Shown here: positions 36,913 to 46,290 of the stretch, one piece after another
Position numbering within the stretch: position 1 is the first letter of the stretch
How the letters are laid out: each line of letters opens with the position of its first letter
Origin: an uncultured Bacteroidales bacterium
GTDB taxonomy: Bacteria > Bacteroidota > Bacteroidia > Bacteroidales > P3
Reading direction: 5' to 3'
DNA: 64,000 nt
NCBI GenBank assembly: GCA_944320265.1
Contig: CALUGT010000015.1
Location: forward strand, 3,194 to 67,193
Made by a program: the position numbers and the translations under genes
The notes under the pieces: model-generated
Database searches by the model: none
Seen by the model: only the letters and a program-made list of their open reading frames with translations
Told to the model about the DNA's origin: nothing

Positions 36913-38466
36913 ATGGCAACAGCAAGAGTCCTCTGGATCGACGACGAGATCGACCTCCTCAAACCCCATGTGATGTTCCTGCAAGCAAAAGGCTACGAGG
37001 TAATCACGCTCAACAACGGGGTGGATGCGGTGGAAACCCTCCGCAACCAAGCCGTCGATATCGTTTTCCTGGACGAACAGATGCCCGGCCTGTCCGGCAT
37101 GGAGACCCTATCCAAAATCAAAGAGAGCTTCCCGACCCTGCCCGTGGTCATGGTCACGAAAAGCGAGGAGGAACGGATCATGGACGAAGCCATCGGCTCC
37201 AAAATTTCCGACTACCTCCTCAAGCCCGTCAATCCGGGGCAGATCTTGCTAGCCATCAAGAAGCAACTGGAAGCCAAACGCCTGGAGAGCGAGAAATCGA
37301 CCGCTTCCTACCAACAGGAATTCCGGGAAATCGGGGCTTCCCTTTCACCCAACCTCAGCTACAAGGAATGGGAAGACCTCTACAAAAAGCTCGTATTCTG
37401 GGATCTCGAACTGAGCAAGACTGACGACAGCGGCATGCGCGGAATCCTCCGCAACCAGAAAGACGAAGCCAACCTGCTCTTTGCCCGCTATATCGAGAAG
37501 AACTACGTGGACTTTCTCAAAAAAGGTTCGGACAACGAATTCGACATGTCCCATACCGTGCTCAGGAAACGGCTTTTCCCGATCCTGAACAACGACTTCC
37601 CCGTTTTCTTCATCCTGATTGACAATCTCCGCTACGACCATTGGAAGGTGCTGCAGCAACGAATGCAGCCTTACCTGAAGACCATCAGCGAAGACACCTA
37701 CATGAGCATCCTGCCTTCAGTGACCCACTACGCCCGCAACAGCATGTTCGCCGGGCTGCTTCCCTCGGAAATCGAAAAGAAATACCCCGACTACTGGGTG
37801 GCTGAAGACTCCGGGCAATACAAGAACCAGAACGAAAAGCTCCTGCTCGAAGAATGCCTCAAACGCTTCGGCAAGGAACCCAATTTCACATACAACAAGG
37901 TACTGAACCAATCCTATGGTTTCAAAATCATAGATTATCTGCCTAAGATGATGGCCACTCCGCTCAACATCATCATCTACAACTTCATCGACATGCTTTC
38001 GCACGCCAGCACCGAAATCGAGCTGCTGCGCGAGATGGCCAACGACGATGATTCGTACCGTTCACTGGTAGGATCCTGGTTCGATCATTCTCCTTTGCTG
38101 GAACTGCTCAAGAACCTGGTCGACCGCAAGGCTATCATCATCATCACCAGCGACCATGGTTCAATCCGGATTACCAACCCGGTCCGCATCAAAGGAGACC
38201 GCGAAACCAGCGTGAACCTCCGGTACAAGGTCGGGCGGAACCTTGAATTCAACCCGAAGGAAGTGTTCAGCGTCCGTAATCCGGGCGAAATTTTCCTGCC
38301 GAAGGTCAATATCACTTCTTCCTTTGTATTCTGCCGCCAGAATGACTTTTTTGTCTATCCCAACAATTTCAACCAATACGTAGCGTACTACAGGAACACA
38401 ATCCAGCATGGCGGCATTTCCTTGGAGGAAATGATGGTTCCTTACGCGGTACTCCAACCCAGATGA
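36913..38466 (+). CDS. porX: T9SS response regulator PorX (receiver plus PglZ/alkaline-phosphatase-like domain)
   Basis: 517 aa. RVLWIDDEIDLLKPHVMFLQAKGYEV...VFLDEQMPGLSGMETL...YLLKPVNPGQILL, then FFILIDNLRYDHW...ITSDHGSIRITNPVRIKGDRETSVNLRYKVGRNL...QHGGISLEEMMVP. From memory it is collinear with Porphyromonas gingivalis PorX. Confidence 0.9.
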   Translation: MATARVLWIDDEIDLLKPHVMFLQAKGYEVITLNNGVDAVETLRNQAVDIVFLDEQMPGLSGMETLSKIKESFPTLPVVMVTKSEEERIMDEAIGSKISDYLLKPVNPGQILLAIKKQLEAKRLESEKSTASYQQEFREIGASLSPNLSYKEWEDLYKKLVFWDLELSKTDDSGMRGILRNQKDEANLLFARYIEKNYVDFLKKGSDNEFDMSHTVLRKRLFPILNNDFPVFFILIDNLRYDHWKVLQQRMQPYLKTISEDTYMSILPSVTHYARNSMFAGLLPSEIEKKYPDYWVAEDSGQYKNQNEKLLLEECLKRFGKEPNFTYNKVLNQSYGFKIIDYLPKMMATPLNIIIYNFIDMLSHASTEIELLREMANDDDSYRSLVGSWFDHSPLLELLKNLVDRKAIIIITSDHGSIRITNPVRIKGDRETSVNLRYKVGRNLEFNPKEVFSVRNPGEIFLPKVNITSSFVFCRQNDFFVYPNNFNQYVAYYRNTIQHGGISLEEMMVPYAVLQPR

Positions 38467-38467
38467 C

Positions 38468-39004
38468 ATGGAAGACGGCATTTGCAATATGACGGCATCC
38501 ACGCCCGAGGACTTGCCTCCGGCGGCACGGCTCCTCCTGGACCGGTTCCAGGAGGAGCGGGTGTTTGCCTTTTTCGCCCCGATGGGTGCCGGGAAAACCA
38601 CTTTCATCCAGTCGCTCTGCGCGTGCTTAGGCGTGGAAGACCAGGTTGTCAGCCCCACATTTTCCTTAGTCAACGAATATTCTTCCCCCCAAGGGCCGGT
38701 CTACCACTTCGACTTCTACCGGCTCAAGAACGCGGAAGAGGCCTTGGACATCGGTACGGACGAGTACCTTGCCTCCGGGCATTACTGCTTCCTGGAGTGG
38801 TCCGAGATAGCCGAGCCCATCCTGCCTCCTTCCTATGTCAGAGTGGAAATCCACGTAGACGAAACCGATGGCAGCCGGCATATCCGCGCTGAACGGCGCA
38901 AGGCGGCCCGAAACACAAGCCCGGCTGCGGCCGAAGCCGTTCCAAGCAATCCCGAAAATCCCGAAACCGACCAAAAAGACACACCCTATGGAATGCGTGC
39001 ATGA
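38468..39004 (+). CDS. tsaE: tRNA t6A37 biosynthesis ATPase TsaE, with a low-complexity C-terminal tail
   Basis: P-loop APMGAGKTTF, SPTFSLVNEY, HFDFYRL and EW motifs. The last roughly 40 aa are Ala/Pro/Glu-rich and overlap the aroB start by 17 nt. Confidence 0.85.
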   Translation: MEDGICNMTASTPEDLPPAARLLLDRFQEERVFAFFAPMGAGKTTFIQSLCACLGVEDQVVSPTFSLVNEYSSPQGPVYHFDFYRLKNAEEALDIGTDEYLASGHYCFLEWSEIAEPILPPSYVRVEIHVDETDGSRHIRAERRKAARNTSPAAAEAVPSNPENPETDQKDTPYGMRA

Positions 39005-40052
39005 CCAGAACTGCTCCATCCATATCGGGGAGGGAGCCGTATCGTTGGCTGACGATATCCCGTTGCGCCAGGAGGACCGCAACTGCATCATCTTATGCGA
39101 AGAAAATGCCGCCGACCTTATTCTTCCCATTTTAGGCGACCGTTGCCCCAATCTCCGCAAGCAGCCCCTTTACTATCTGAACGCCCGGGAGCAGGACAAG
39201 CAGGTTTCCTCCTTGATTCCATTATGGAAAGCTTGGGAAACTGATGGCATCGACCGGCGCACGCTGGTAATCAACATCGGCGGCGGGGTTCTCTGCGACA
39301 TGGGCGGTTTCGCGGCCTCGGTCTTCAAACGCGGCATCCCCTTTGTCAATATCCCGACCACGCTCCTATCCATGGCCGATGCCTCGGTAGGCGGCAAGAC
39401 AGCCGTCAATCTGGACGAGACCAAGAACGTGATAGGCACTTTCAGCCGGCCCGAAGCAGTCTTGATCGACCCGGTTTTCCTCGAGACCCTGCCTGAAAAG
39501 GAATTCCTGTCGGGGATGGCAGAGCTGATCAAGATGCAATGGATCGCCAATCCCGATTTCAGCATAGACAGAACGGAAGAATGCTTCTCTTCCCGCGCCA
39601 TGCTCTCGGACCTCCTGCTTTCCGCCATAGAACAGAAAGCCAGAATCACCGCCATGGATTTCAAGGAAGGGAATATCCGCAAAATCCTTAACTTCGGCCA
39701 CACATTCGGCCATGCATTCGAAGCCCTTGCCCTGAAACGCAAGCAGAAAATCACCCATGGCGAAGCCATCGCCCACGGCATGACCTGCGAACTCTACCTG
39801 TCCTGGCTCATGACCGGCTTCGATCGCGGGAAATTCGAGACATGCAGTGCCTGGATCCGGAAACATTATGGAATCTTCCAATTCTCACGCCATGAAATCC
39901 CGGATCTGATCGCGTACATGAAAACGGACAAGAAGAGCATCGAAGGCAAGGTGTACCCCATCCTGCTGCCGGCTTTCGGGCAATGCCGCTTCACCCAGGC
40001 CGTCCCGGAAAGCCTGCTCGAAAAAACCCTTTCCGCTTATCCATTCTTTTAG
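38988..40052 (+). CDS. aroB: 3-dehydroquinate synthase
   Basis: From the Met at 38988. Motifs are VINIGGGVLCDMGGFAASVFKRGIPFVNIPTTLLSMADASVGGKTAVN and NFGHTFGHA. Confidence 0.9.
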   Translation: MECVHDQNCSIHIGEGAVSLADDIPLRQEDRNCIILCEENAADLILPILGDRCPNLRKQPLYYLNAREQDKQVSSLIPLWKAWETDGIDRRTLVINIGGGVLCDMGGFAASVFKRGIPFVNIPTTLLSMADASVGGKTAVNLDETKNVIGTFSRPEAVLIDPVFLETLPEKEFLSGMAELIKMQWIANPDFSIDRTEECFSSRAMLSDLLLSAIEQKARITAMDFKEGNIRKILNFGHTFGHAFEALALKRKQKITHGEAIAHGMTCELYLSWLMTGFDRGKFETCSAWIRKHYGIFQFSRHEIPDLIAYMKTDKKSIEGKVYPILLPAFGQCRFTQAVPESLLEKTLSAYPFF

Positions 40053-40058
40053 ACCATT

Positions 40059-41342
40059 ATGAACACAATAAGCATACAATTCAAGAACAAGACACTCAAA
40101 GGCGAAGTCAAGCTGCCCAGTTCCAAAAGCATCAGCAACCGATACCTTATCCTCCAATTCCTGGCCGAGGAAGATTTTGAACTGGAGAACCTTTCCGAAT
40201 CGGAGGACACCAGACTGATGCAAAAACTGCTGGACAAGATTGCCGACCATGACGAAGACGATGAGGACGAAGTGGTCTTGGATTGCCTCAACGCCGGAGC
40301 CGTAATCCGGTTCCTGACCGCACAGCTGGCCTTCCGCCAAGGCAACTGGATTCTCACGTCTTCCAACCCGAGGATGCAAGCACGGCCTATCGGTCCCTTG
40401 GTAGATTCGCTGAGGGCCTTGGGTATCAAGATATCCTATCTTGGCGAAGAAGGTTACCCGCCTATCCGGGTCATTGGAAAACCCGAAGCACTGCTCGACA
40501 ATACCGACCTTATCAGCGTGGATGCCAGCCAGAGCAGCCAGTTCGTCTCGGCCTTGATGATGGCCGCGCCATTGTTCCCGCATGGGCTGCATATAGAAAT
40601 GCTTGGCGAGACCAAGGTGTCGCTGCCTTATATCCAGATGACGGCCCAGCTGATGCGCAACTGCGGAGCCGAAGTGGTATTCATCGATGGCAGCAATATG
40701 TTCATCGACGGGCCTCTGCATGCGCCGAGCCAAGCATTGATCGAAGCTGACTGGACTTCGGCATCCTACCTGTACGGACTGCTGGCCTTGGCTGAAAGCG
40801 GACGTATAGAGCTCCCGCTGCTGTTCGAGGACAGCGTGCAAGGAGACTGGATCATTTCCGACTGGTTCGAGGATTTCGGCATCGAGACCGAATTCCTGGA
40901 AGACCGGATCGTGCTGGCAAAAGCGGCCGGCGCGGAAATAAACCGGGAACCCAAGGAATACGATTTCGTGCATCATCCCGACCTGGCGCAGACAATGGCC
41001 GTCTGCTGCGCCGCCTTGGGCATCGAGGCCCGCTTGACGGGAATCTTCGGGCTCCGGTACAAGGAAACCGACCGTATCGTGGCTCTCCGAGACGAACTTG
41101 AACGGATGGGGGCAAAAGTGGAATGCACTGAGTCGGAATTCGACAACGAGCTGCATATCTTCCCGTCCGGACTGCACCCGGAAAAGAACGTGATCCATAC
41201 TTACGGAGACCACCGCATGGCACTGTCTTTCTCGCTTCTGGCCATGAAATACGGTAAAATCACACTCGACGACAAGGAGGTGGTGAACAAGTCCTTCCCT
41301 GGATTCTGGCAAGTGCTCAAACGGCTCGGGGCGAAACTGTGA
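40059..41342 (+). CDS. aroA: 3-phosphoshikimate 1-carboxyvinyltransferase (EPSP synthase)
   Basis: 427 aa with LPSSKSISNRYLIL, DASQSSQFVSALMM and ETDRIVALRDEL...GDHRMA motifs. Confidence 0.9.
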   Translation: MNTISIQFKNKTLKGEVKLPSSKSISNRYLILQFLAEEDFELENLSESEDTRLMQKLLDKIADHDEDDEDEVVLDCLNAGAVIRFLTAQLAFRQGNWILTSSNPRMQARPIGPLVDSLRALGIKISYLGEEGYPPIRVIGKPEALLDNTDLISVDASQSSQFVSALMMAAPLFPHGLHIEMLGETKVSLPYIQMTAQLMRNCGAEVVFIDGSNMFIDGPLHAPSQALIEADWTSASYLYGLLALAESGRIELPLLFEDSVQGDWIISDWFEDFGIETEFLEDRIVLAKAAGAEINREPKEYDFVHHPDLAQTMAVCCAALGIEARLTGIFGLRYKETDRIVALRDELERMGAKVECTESEFDNELHIFPSGLHPEKNVIHTYGDHRMALSFSLLAMKYGKITLDDKEVVNKSFPGFWQVLKRLGAKL

Positions 41343-41481
41343 CAATGCCTGCCGCGCCGCATCATCCCCTAAAAGCAGAGTACGCAATCGCAGATGCCGC
41401 CCTGTCCCAGCCGGACACTCCGATCCAGGCCGCCGGCCGGGAAAAGCCACGCAATGAAGAGGAACTGCCGGAATTCTTCAG

Positions 41482-41556
41482 CCCGGATCGGTCATTGACA
41501 CGCCGGAGCCGTTTCCGATTGGAAAATGAGGCTTCCGGCATCCTGCCCGATCCGGG
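41482..41556. repeat. Degenerate mini-derivative of MITE-1 (about 75 bp)
   Basis: It starts cccggatcggtcattgacacgcc..., follows the left arm of copy d (gtttc.gattgg.aaaatgaggcttccgg.catc.tgccc), then closes with ccgatccggg, an inverted match to its own start. Confidence 0.5.
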
Positions 41557-41587
41557 TTCAACGACAGAGGGCATATAAAAATGACAT

Positions 41588-41626
41588 ATAAAGAAAAGCG
41601 GCAGCTTCCTGATAGAAACTGCCGCT
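41588..41626 (-). terminator. Hairpin terminator candidate between convergent aroA and the 41681-42115 gene
   Basis: An 8-bp stem pairs agcggcag (41597-41604) with ctgccgct (41619-41626). On the minus strand it is followed by TTTTCTTTATAT. A second hairpin, ggttccc/gggaacc, lies at 41641-41661. Confidence 0.4.
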
Positions 41627-41680
41627 CCATGGTGCGTCACGGTTCCCTAGAGGCGGGAACCTAATAAGAAGAGAGGTTTC

Positions 41681-42115
41681 CTATTTGTCCGACAAGATTT
41701 CACCATTTTCTTTAACTACGAGTGTCTTCTTGACACTGTCCTTGGTATTGATAATCAAGGCATATTCTTGTTGGTCATTCCGGCCGGAATTGACCAGGGA
41801 GTATTCAGGGTAACGGGCTGCCACCGCATCGAGCACCACCTGTGGAATCTTGTCCACTCCCACCGCGGCGAACTTCTTCACATTCTTCTTCACGACCGTA
41901 TCAGGCTTTGCCGGAGCATCGAAGAACGCCAGGTCCGCAGGGGCCACTTGCGCAGATTCAATCCTCGACAGGTCTTCCATCTGCATGGAAGGAAAACCGC
42001 CGGCCATGGCCAGATCGCCGGCCAACGAATCGACTGCCGGCACCGATGCTGCCCGCGATGCAGAAATCCCCGTCAACGCCAAAAGCGCGAATCCCGTCAA
42101 TATAGTCCGTTTCAT
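41681..42115 (-). CDS. Small secreted protein (PepSY-like/BLIP-like C-terminal region)
   Basis: From the Met at 42115 the sequence reads MKRTILTGFALLALTGISASRAAS (signal peptide). The C-terminus (VVLDAVAARYPEYSLVNSGRNDQQEYALIINTKDSVKKTLVVKENGEIL) resembles PepSY-like repeats. The upstream part of the ORF is only read-through of MITE copy d. Confidence 0.6.
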   Translation of the reverse strand: MKRTILTGFALLALTGISASRAASVPAVDSLAGDLAMAGGFPSMQMEDLSRIESAQVAPADLAFFDAPAKPDTVVKKNVKKFAAVGVDKIPQVVLDAVAARYPEYSLVNSGRNDQQEYALIINTKDSVKKTLVVKENGEILSDK

Positions 42116-42145
42116 TTTCTTTTCCTTTTGCAATTTCCCGTTAAA

Positions 42146-42338
42146 CCCAAATCGGTCATCAGACACGCCGTGTCCGTTTCTGATTGGGAAAATGAGGCTT
42201 CCGGGCATCTTGCCCGCTTCTGTCCGCATCCTGTTTCCCGCTACGCCTCGACGTAGCCCGCTACGCTTTCGGCTAGGCCAGAAGCATGCTGCATGACACA
42301 AGCGGGCAATCTCCCCAATGTCTGATGACCGATTTGGA
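42146..42338 (-). mobile_element. MITE-1 copy d (193 bp)
   Basis: Slightly diverged TIRs (cccaaatcggtcatcagac / gtctgatgaccgatttgga). It is flanked by TTAAA (42141-42145 and 42339-42343) and sits 31 nt upstream of the 42115 start codon. Confidence 0.85.
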
Positions 42339-42554
42339 TTAAAGAAAAAAGCGTACCAAAAGCAAGAAAAAAAAGCAAGGAAACAGCATCAACCAAATAA
42401 AACAATCATAAACAACAAAATAAAACAAAAAAAAGAATTCAAGCCCGCCACTCGCCCGACCTCCATGGCCGGGGAATTCCGAGGAAGAATGTGGAAAAAC
42501 GGGGAATTCCGGGGAAACCCGGAAGGCAAAGAAAAGGATATCCCTCGCTTGGCA

Positions 42555-45311
42555 TCACTCACTGTCAAGCAAGCCATCCCGCCCCATCCGGCATCGCAGG
42601 CTCTGCAAACGGGCCTCCAGATCCAGGATATCCTGCATGGCCGGCATCGTTCCTCCTTTCTCCCAACGGCGCAGCAAGTCTTGCAATTCCAGAAGGCCCA
42701 ATTGCCCGCACATCGAAGCCATCTTATGCGCCAGAGCCGACAACCGCAGTCCATCCCTTTCTTCGGCATGAATCTTCAAATCCTCGATCTGGTCGAAAAC
42801 CGTATCGAAAAAATCCTGCAGGAAAGCTGACATCTGGCTTTTCCCATCGCCTATGAAAGCACGGATACTGCTCAGATCGTATGTATCGCCGCCCCCGGCA
42901 TCAGCCGGGACACCGGCTCTGCCATCCGCAGGCGCATTCCCGCAAGCATCAATGGCGTTGGAAACCCCGTCTTCGACCGGACACACCCCTCCCTTGTTTC
43001 CCAGCAGACATTTCTCGATAGCCTCCAACAATGTCCTGAACTCCACCGGCTTCTGCAGTACCATAGAAAAAAGAGCCTTTGCCGCCGAGGCCGGTCCCGC
43101 ACCGGCTTCGGGAACCAGGCCGGAGACCGCCGGCATATCCACAAAATGCTTGCCTGTCAACAGAATCACCGGCAACCCGGCATCCACCGCCTTGACCCGC
43201 TCCAAGACTTCGTAGCCTGACACCCGAGGCATCTGCAAATCGGTAACGACCAACTGAGGCCAAGCCTCTGCCACCCAAGCCATCAATTCATCCGGATTGG
43301 AAGTAGCCCGGACTTCCATGCCCATCCGCTCCAGATAAGCGCAAAGAATCTTCTGCAGCATCCTATCATCATCAATCACCGCCACGCGGGCATGGCGCAA
43401 GGAATCGCTGGCCCACTCCTCCTGCCGCTCCTTGTTGCCCAAAGCCTTCTGCTCCACCTCCGAACCATCCACCTCCTGCACAGGCAATGCCACATGGAAC
43501 TCGGAACCTTTTTCCAAGGCGCTCTCCAGCCTCAGCTTGCCCCCAAGCAGCTCCACCCATTTCAGAGTCACCGAAAGCCCTAGCCCTGTACCTTCCACGC
43601 CAGCCTTCTCCTTCCCTACCCTGACAAACTCTTCGAATATCCGTTTCTGGTCTTCCTCTGCGATTCCCTGTCCTGAATCCTTGACACGCAAACGCAATTC
43701 ATTCTCCGCCCAGTCTACCCGGAAGTCCACAAAACCGGAATCCGTGTATTTAATGGCGTTCGATAACAAATTCCCGCAAATCTGCCGAATCCTCAAGGCA
43801 TCGCCTTTGAACCACGATGCACGCATCGACCCTGCCGGTTCTTCCACCGGGCAAGAACTCTCCGCCGGGGGCAAAGAGGCCGGCGACCCCGAGGACTCTG
43901 CCGTTCCCGGAAATTCCTGTGGAACCGCCCCGATTTCCTCGCCTTGCACGAAAAAACGGAACAGCAGCCCTTTCTCCTCCGCCTGCAAACGATACACTGC
44001 CTGCACCTCGGCAAACAACGTATACGGATTGAACAGTGTCTGCTCCGATTTCAACTCCCCGCTCTGCCACTTCACATAATCCAGCAGATTGTTGACCAGT
44101 TCCAAGAGATACGACGAAGCCGCCTTGGTGCATGACAGATAGTGTTTGCTTTCAGCAGGAAGATCCGAACGGTCCAGCAAATCCGTGCTCCCGATAATCG
44201 TGCTCAAAGGAGACTTGATATCGTGCGCGATGCTCTTCATCAGATGTTCCCTATTGGAAAGAAGAGCCGCCTTTTCCGCTTCCGAGACCGCCAAAGCCCG
44301 CTCCCTTTTCTGAGAGCGCAAAGCCGACCGGAGCAAGAAAAACAGAGCCAGGAATGTCACAAGGAACGACAAGACCCCAATCCAAGCAATCGTCTGGGAC
44401 ATCCGCCGCAAATCCTCCGCACGCTGCCTCAGCACCTGCAACGAAGCCTCCACTTCGGTCTGCTGCCAAGCATCCAGAACCTCCATGATCTGCTCATTCA
44501 GAGACAAGTCCAATAAAAGAACACGGTCTATCTGGCGAGAAAGGCGGGCATCGGCCACCCGGCGCATATCCTCATATTCCATGACAGTCCGAGCAATAGC
44601 TTGACGCAGACTGTCATGCAAGCCTTCCAAAGGCTGCATGGTCTCTTCTATGATCCGGTTTTCCTGATGCACATAGTACACCGTGTCTACCTGCTCTTTC
44701 TTGAAAGCCTTAGACAAACGCCTGAAAAAGCCGTCCGTGTTCTCCGTCCGGCGTTCTACCTTGACCACCGTGTCCGCATACTCCCCTATCTCGATACGAG
44801 GAGGCAGCCAAGGGGTCTCTATCTGCAAAGAATCGATAATCCGCCGCGAAGCCTCCTCCAGGTTCTGCTGCCTCAAAGTGTTCATATAAGCGAACAGCCT
44901 CTCCATGTTCTGGGTCTTCTTGCGCAGAATCCGCCCGATGGTATCCACTTTCTCCGTCAAAGAAGCATCCTCCACAATCTGCCTGGACCTCATTGACCAG
45001 AGACGTTCCACTGCTGAATCCAAGCAGGCATGGTAGCCATAGTAATAAGCAGGCTCGAAAGTCTGCATGTATGAACGCGCATACGCCTCGCTCTGGTAAA
45101 GCTCGTTCAGAATCTGGCTCACATCGTAGATATTTTCCCGAGCCATCTCCATCTGAAGAGGCCGGAAAGCAAGGCTCGCCCGCAACTGGCGGTAAATGAG
45201 AATGCCGCCCGTCAAGGAAATGAGGAACACCAAGATAAAACTCAGCACCAAGCCCTGGCTGAATCCATTCCCCGATTTGGACTTTTTACCAAAATGATTT
45301 TCCACAGACAC
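42555..45311 (-). CDS. Hybrid sensor histidine kinase/response regulator with C-terminal HPt domain
   Basis: N-terminal TM segments. H-box MKSIAHDIKSPLSTI. HATPase region (NLLSNAIKYT, DSGQGI, GTGLGLS). Receiver domain (VAVIDDD...VVTDLQMPRVSG). HPt-like C-terminus (ALAHKMASMCGQLG). Confidence 0.9.
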   Translation of the reverse strand: MSVENHFGKKSKSGNGFSQGLVLSFILVFLISLTGGILIYRQLRASLAFRPLQMEMARENIYDVSQILNELYQSEAYARSYMQTFEPAYYYGYHACLDSAVERLWSMRSRQIVEDASLTEKVDTIGRILRKKTQNMERLFAYMNTLRQQNLEEASRRIIDSLQIETPWLPPRIEIGEYADTVVKVERRTENTDGFFRRLSKAFKKEQVDTVYYVHQENRIIEETMQPLEGLHDSLRQAIARTVMEYEDMRRVADARLSRQIDRVLLLDLSLNEQIMEVLDAWQQTEVEASLQVLRQRAEDLRRMSQTIAWIGVLSFLVTFLALFFLLRSALRSQKRERALAVSEAEKAALLSNREHLMKSIAHDIKSPLSTIIGSTDLLDRSDLPAESKHYLSCTKAASSYLLELVNNLLDYVKWQSGELKSEQTLFNPYTLFAEVQAVYRLQAEEKGLLFRFFVQGEEIGAVPQEFPGTAESSGSPASLPPAESSCPVEEPAGSMRASWFKGDALRIRQICGNLLSNAIKYTDSGFVDFRVDWAENELRLRVKDSGQGIAEEDQKRIFEEFVRVGKEKAGVEGTGLGLSVTLKWVELLGGKLRLESALEKGSEFHVALPVQEVDGSEVEQKALGNKERQEEWASDSLRHARVAVIDDDRMLQKILCAYLERMGMEVRATSNPDELMAWVAEAWPQLVVTDLQMPRVSGYEVLERVKAVDAGLPVILLTGKHFVDMPAVSGLVPEAGAGPASAAKALFSMVLQKPVEFRTLLEAIEKCLLGNKGGVCPVEDGVSNAIDACGNAPADGRAGVPADAGGGDTYDLSSIRAFIGDGKSQMSAFLQDFFDTVFDQIEDLKIHAEERDGLRLSALAHKMASMCGQLGLLELQDLLRRWEKGGTMPAMQDILDLEARLQSLRCRMGRDGLLDSE

Positions 45312-45335
45312 TCTTTTTCTTTGAAGAGTTTCAAG

Positions 45336-45353
45336 CCCAACCGGTCGTCAGAC
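45336..45353. repeat. Possible solo MITE-1-like end
   Basis: cccaaccggtcgtcagac followed by tttg resembles the TIR cccaaatcggtcattagac-tttg of copies a and e, with 3 mismatches. It lies 25 nt upstream of the sensor kinase start. Confidence 0.3.
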
Positions 45354-45694
45354 TTTGAGTTTAGGCTTTTTGAACCAAAACGGCGGCGCAAGGAAGCGCG
45401 CCGCCTTAGATTAACACACCGCAGGCAAACGCTCCGGCTCCCATCGCAGGAACCTGCAGACATACCACACGCACAACATTTTCCGTCACATACGATGTCG
45501 GCATGTCAGAACGGACAGAATGCAAGTTGTCCATCCGACACCGATGATGATTGCCCTCGCGTCCAACACCAAGAACAGACGAGATGCAAAGAGCCTATCC
45601 AGCGGTCAAGGAGAGCTGAACGCCCGCACATGCCGACTTGCCAAAGCTCGCAAGGAAGCAAAAGCCGGGCAAACCGGAAACAGAGTCGAACCGC

Positions 45695-46102
45695 TTACAA
45701 CCAGTTGAACTCCAGCGTCATCTCCACCACATCCTTCAAGGTGTTGTGCACCGGGCAAGTCTTTGCCGCACGCTCGATTTTCTTCTTGTCATCTTCGCTG
45801 TAGCCCTTGGGCGGCATGGTCATGGTCACCGTCATTTTGGCAATGCGCCGAGGATTGGCCGCCATTTCCTTGACCACTTCCGCCTGCGCTCCCTGAATAT
45901 CCAGACCGATATTTTCGGCATAGATTCCCATGATAGTCAACATGCAAGCCGGCAATGCCACCGTAGCCAGATCGGTAGGTGAAAAGGAACGTCCCTGTCC
46001 GTGGTTATCCAACGGAGCATCCGTGATGATTTTCGCGCCGCTGTCCTCGTGCTCGCATTCCACACGCAGACCGCCCATGTAAGTAGCTTTCATTGTTGTC
46101 AT
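45695..46102 (-). CDS. OsmC/Ohr-family peroxiredoxin-like protein
   Basis: From the Met at 46102 the sequence reads MTTMKATYMGGLRVECEHEDSGAKIITDAP...GQGRSFSPTDLATVALPACMLTIMG...AAKTCPVHNTL. It shows the two conserved Cys contexts of OsmC-like proteins. Confidence 0.8.
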   Translation of the reverse strand: MTTMKATYMGGLRVECEHEDSGAKIITDAPLDNHGQGRSFSPTDLATVALPACMLTIMGIYAENIGLDIQGAQAEVVKEMAANPRRIAKMTVTMTMPPKGYSEDDKKKIERAAKTCPVHNTLKDVVEMTLEFNWL

Positions 46103-46290
46103 TGTCAAACAAATTAATGGTTTATCAAAACCCGGCTCAAACTCCCTTTTTGAAACCGAACCGGAAACATTTCCTATCAAGGGAAAGAACTTTCCCTGCC
46201 AGCCACGCCTCCCTCCGCCTCCGGACGACACAGGCTGTCTTGGCACGGTTGCCCTGCCTCCGCTCCAAACCGCCCGGCGAACATCCTGGC

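Noticed and set aside
36913-38466. A second PglZ-domain protein that could be taken for another BREX/PGL component
   Set aside because: It has an N-terminal receiver domain and is collinear with PorX, the T9SS response regulator. It sits in the conserved porX-tsaE context with no other brx/pgl genes nearby.
39885-41450. 521-aa minus-strand ORF covering aroB/aroA
   Set aside because: It is antisense to two well-supported genes with clear family motifs. Its translation is Arg/Gly/Pro-rich with no recognisable domain. This is a typical shadow ORF in GC-rich coding DNA.
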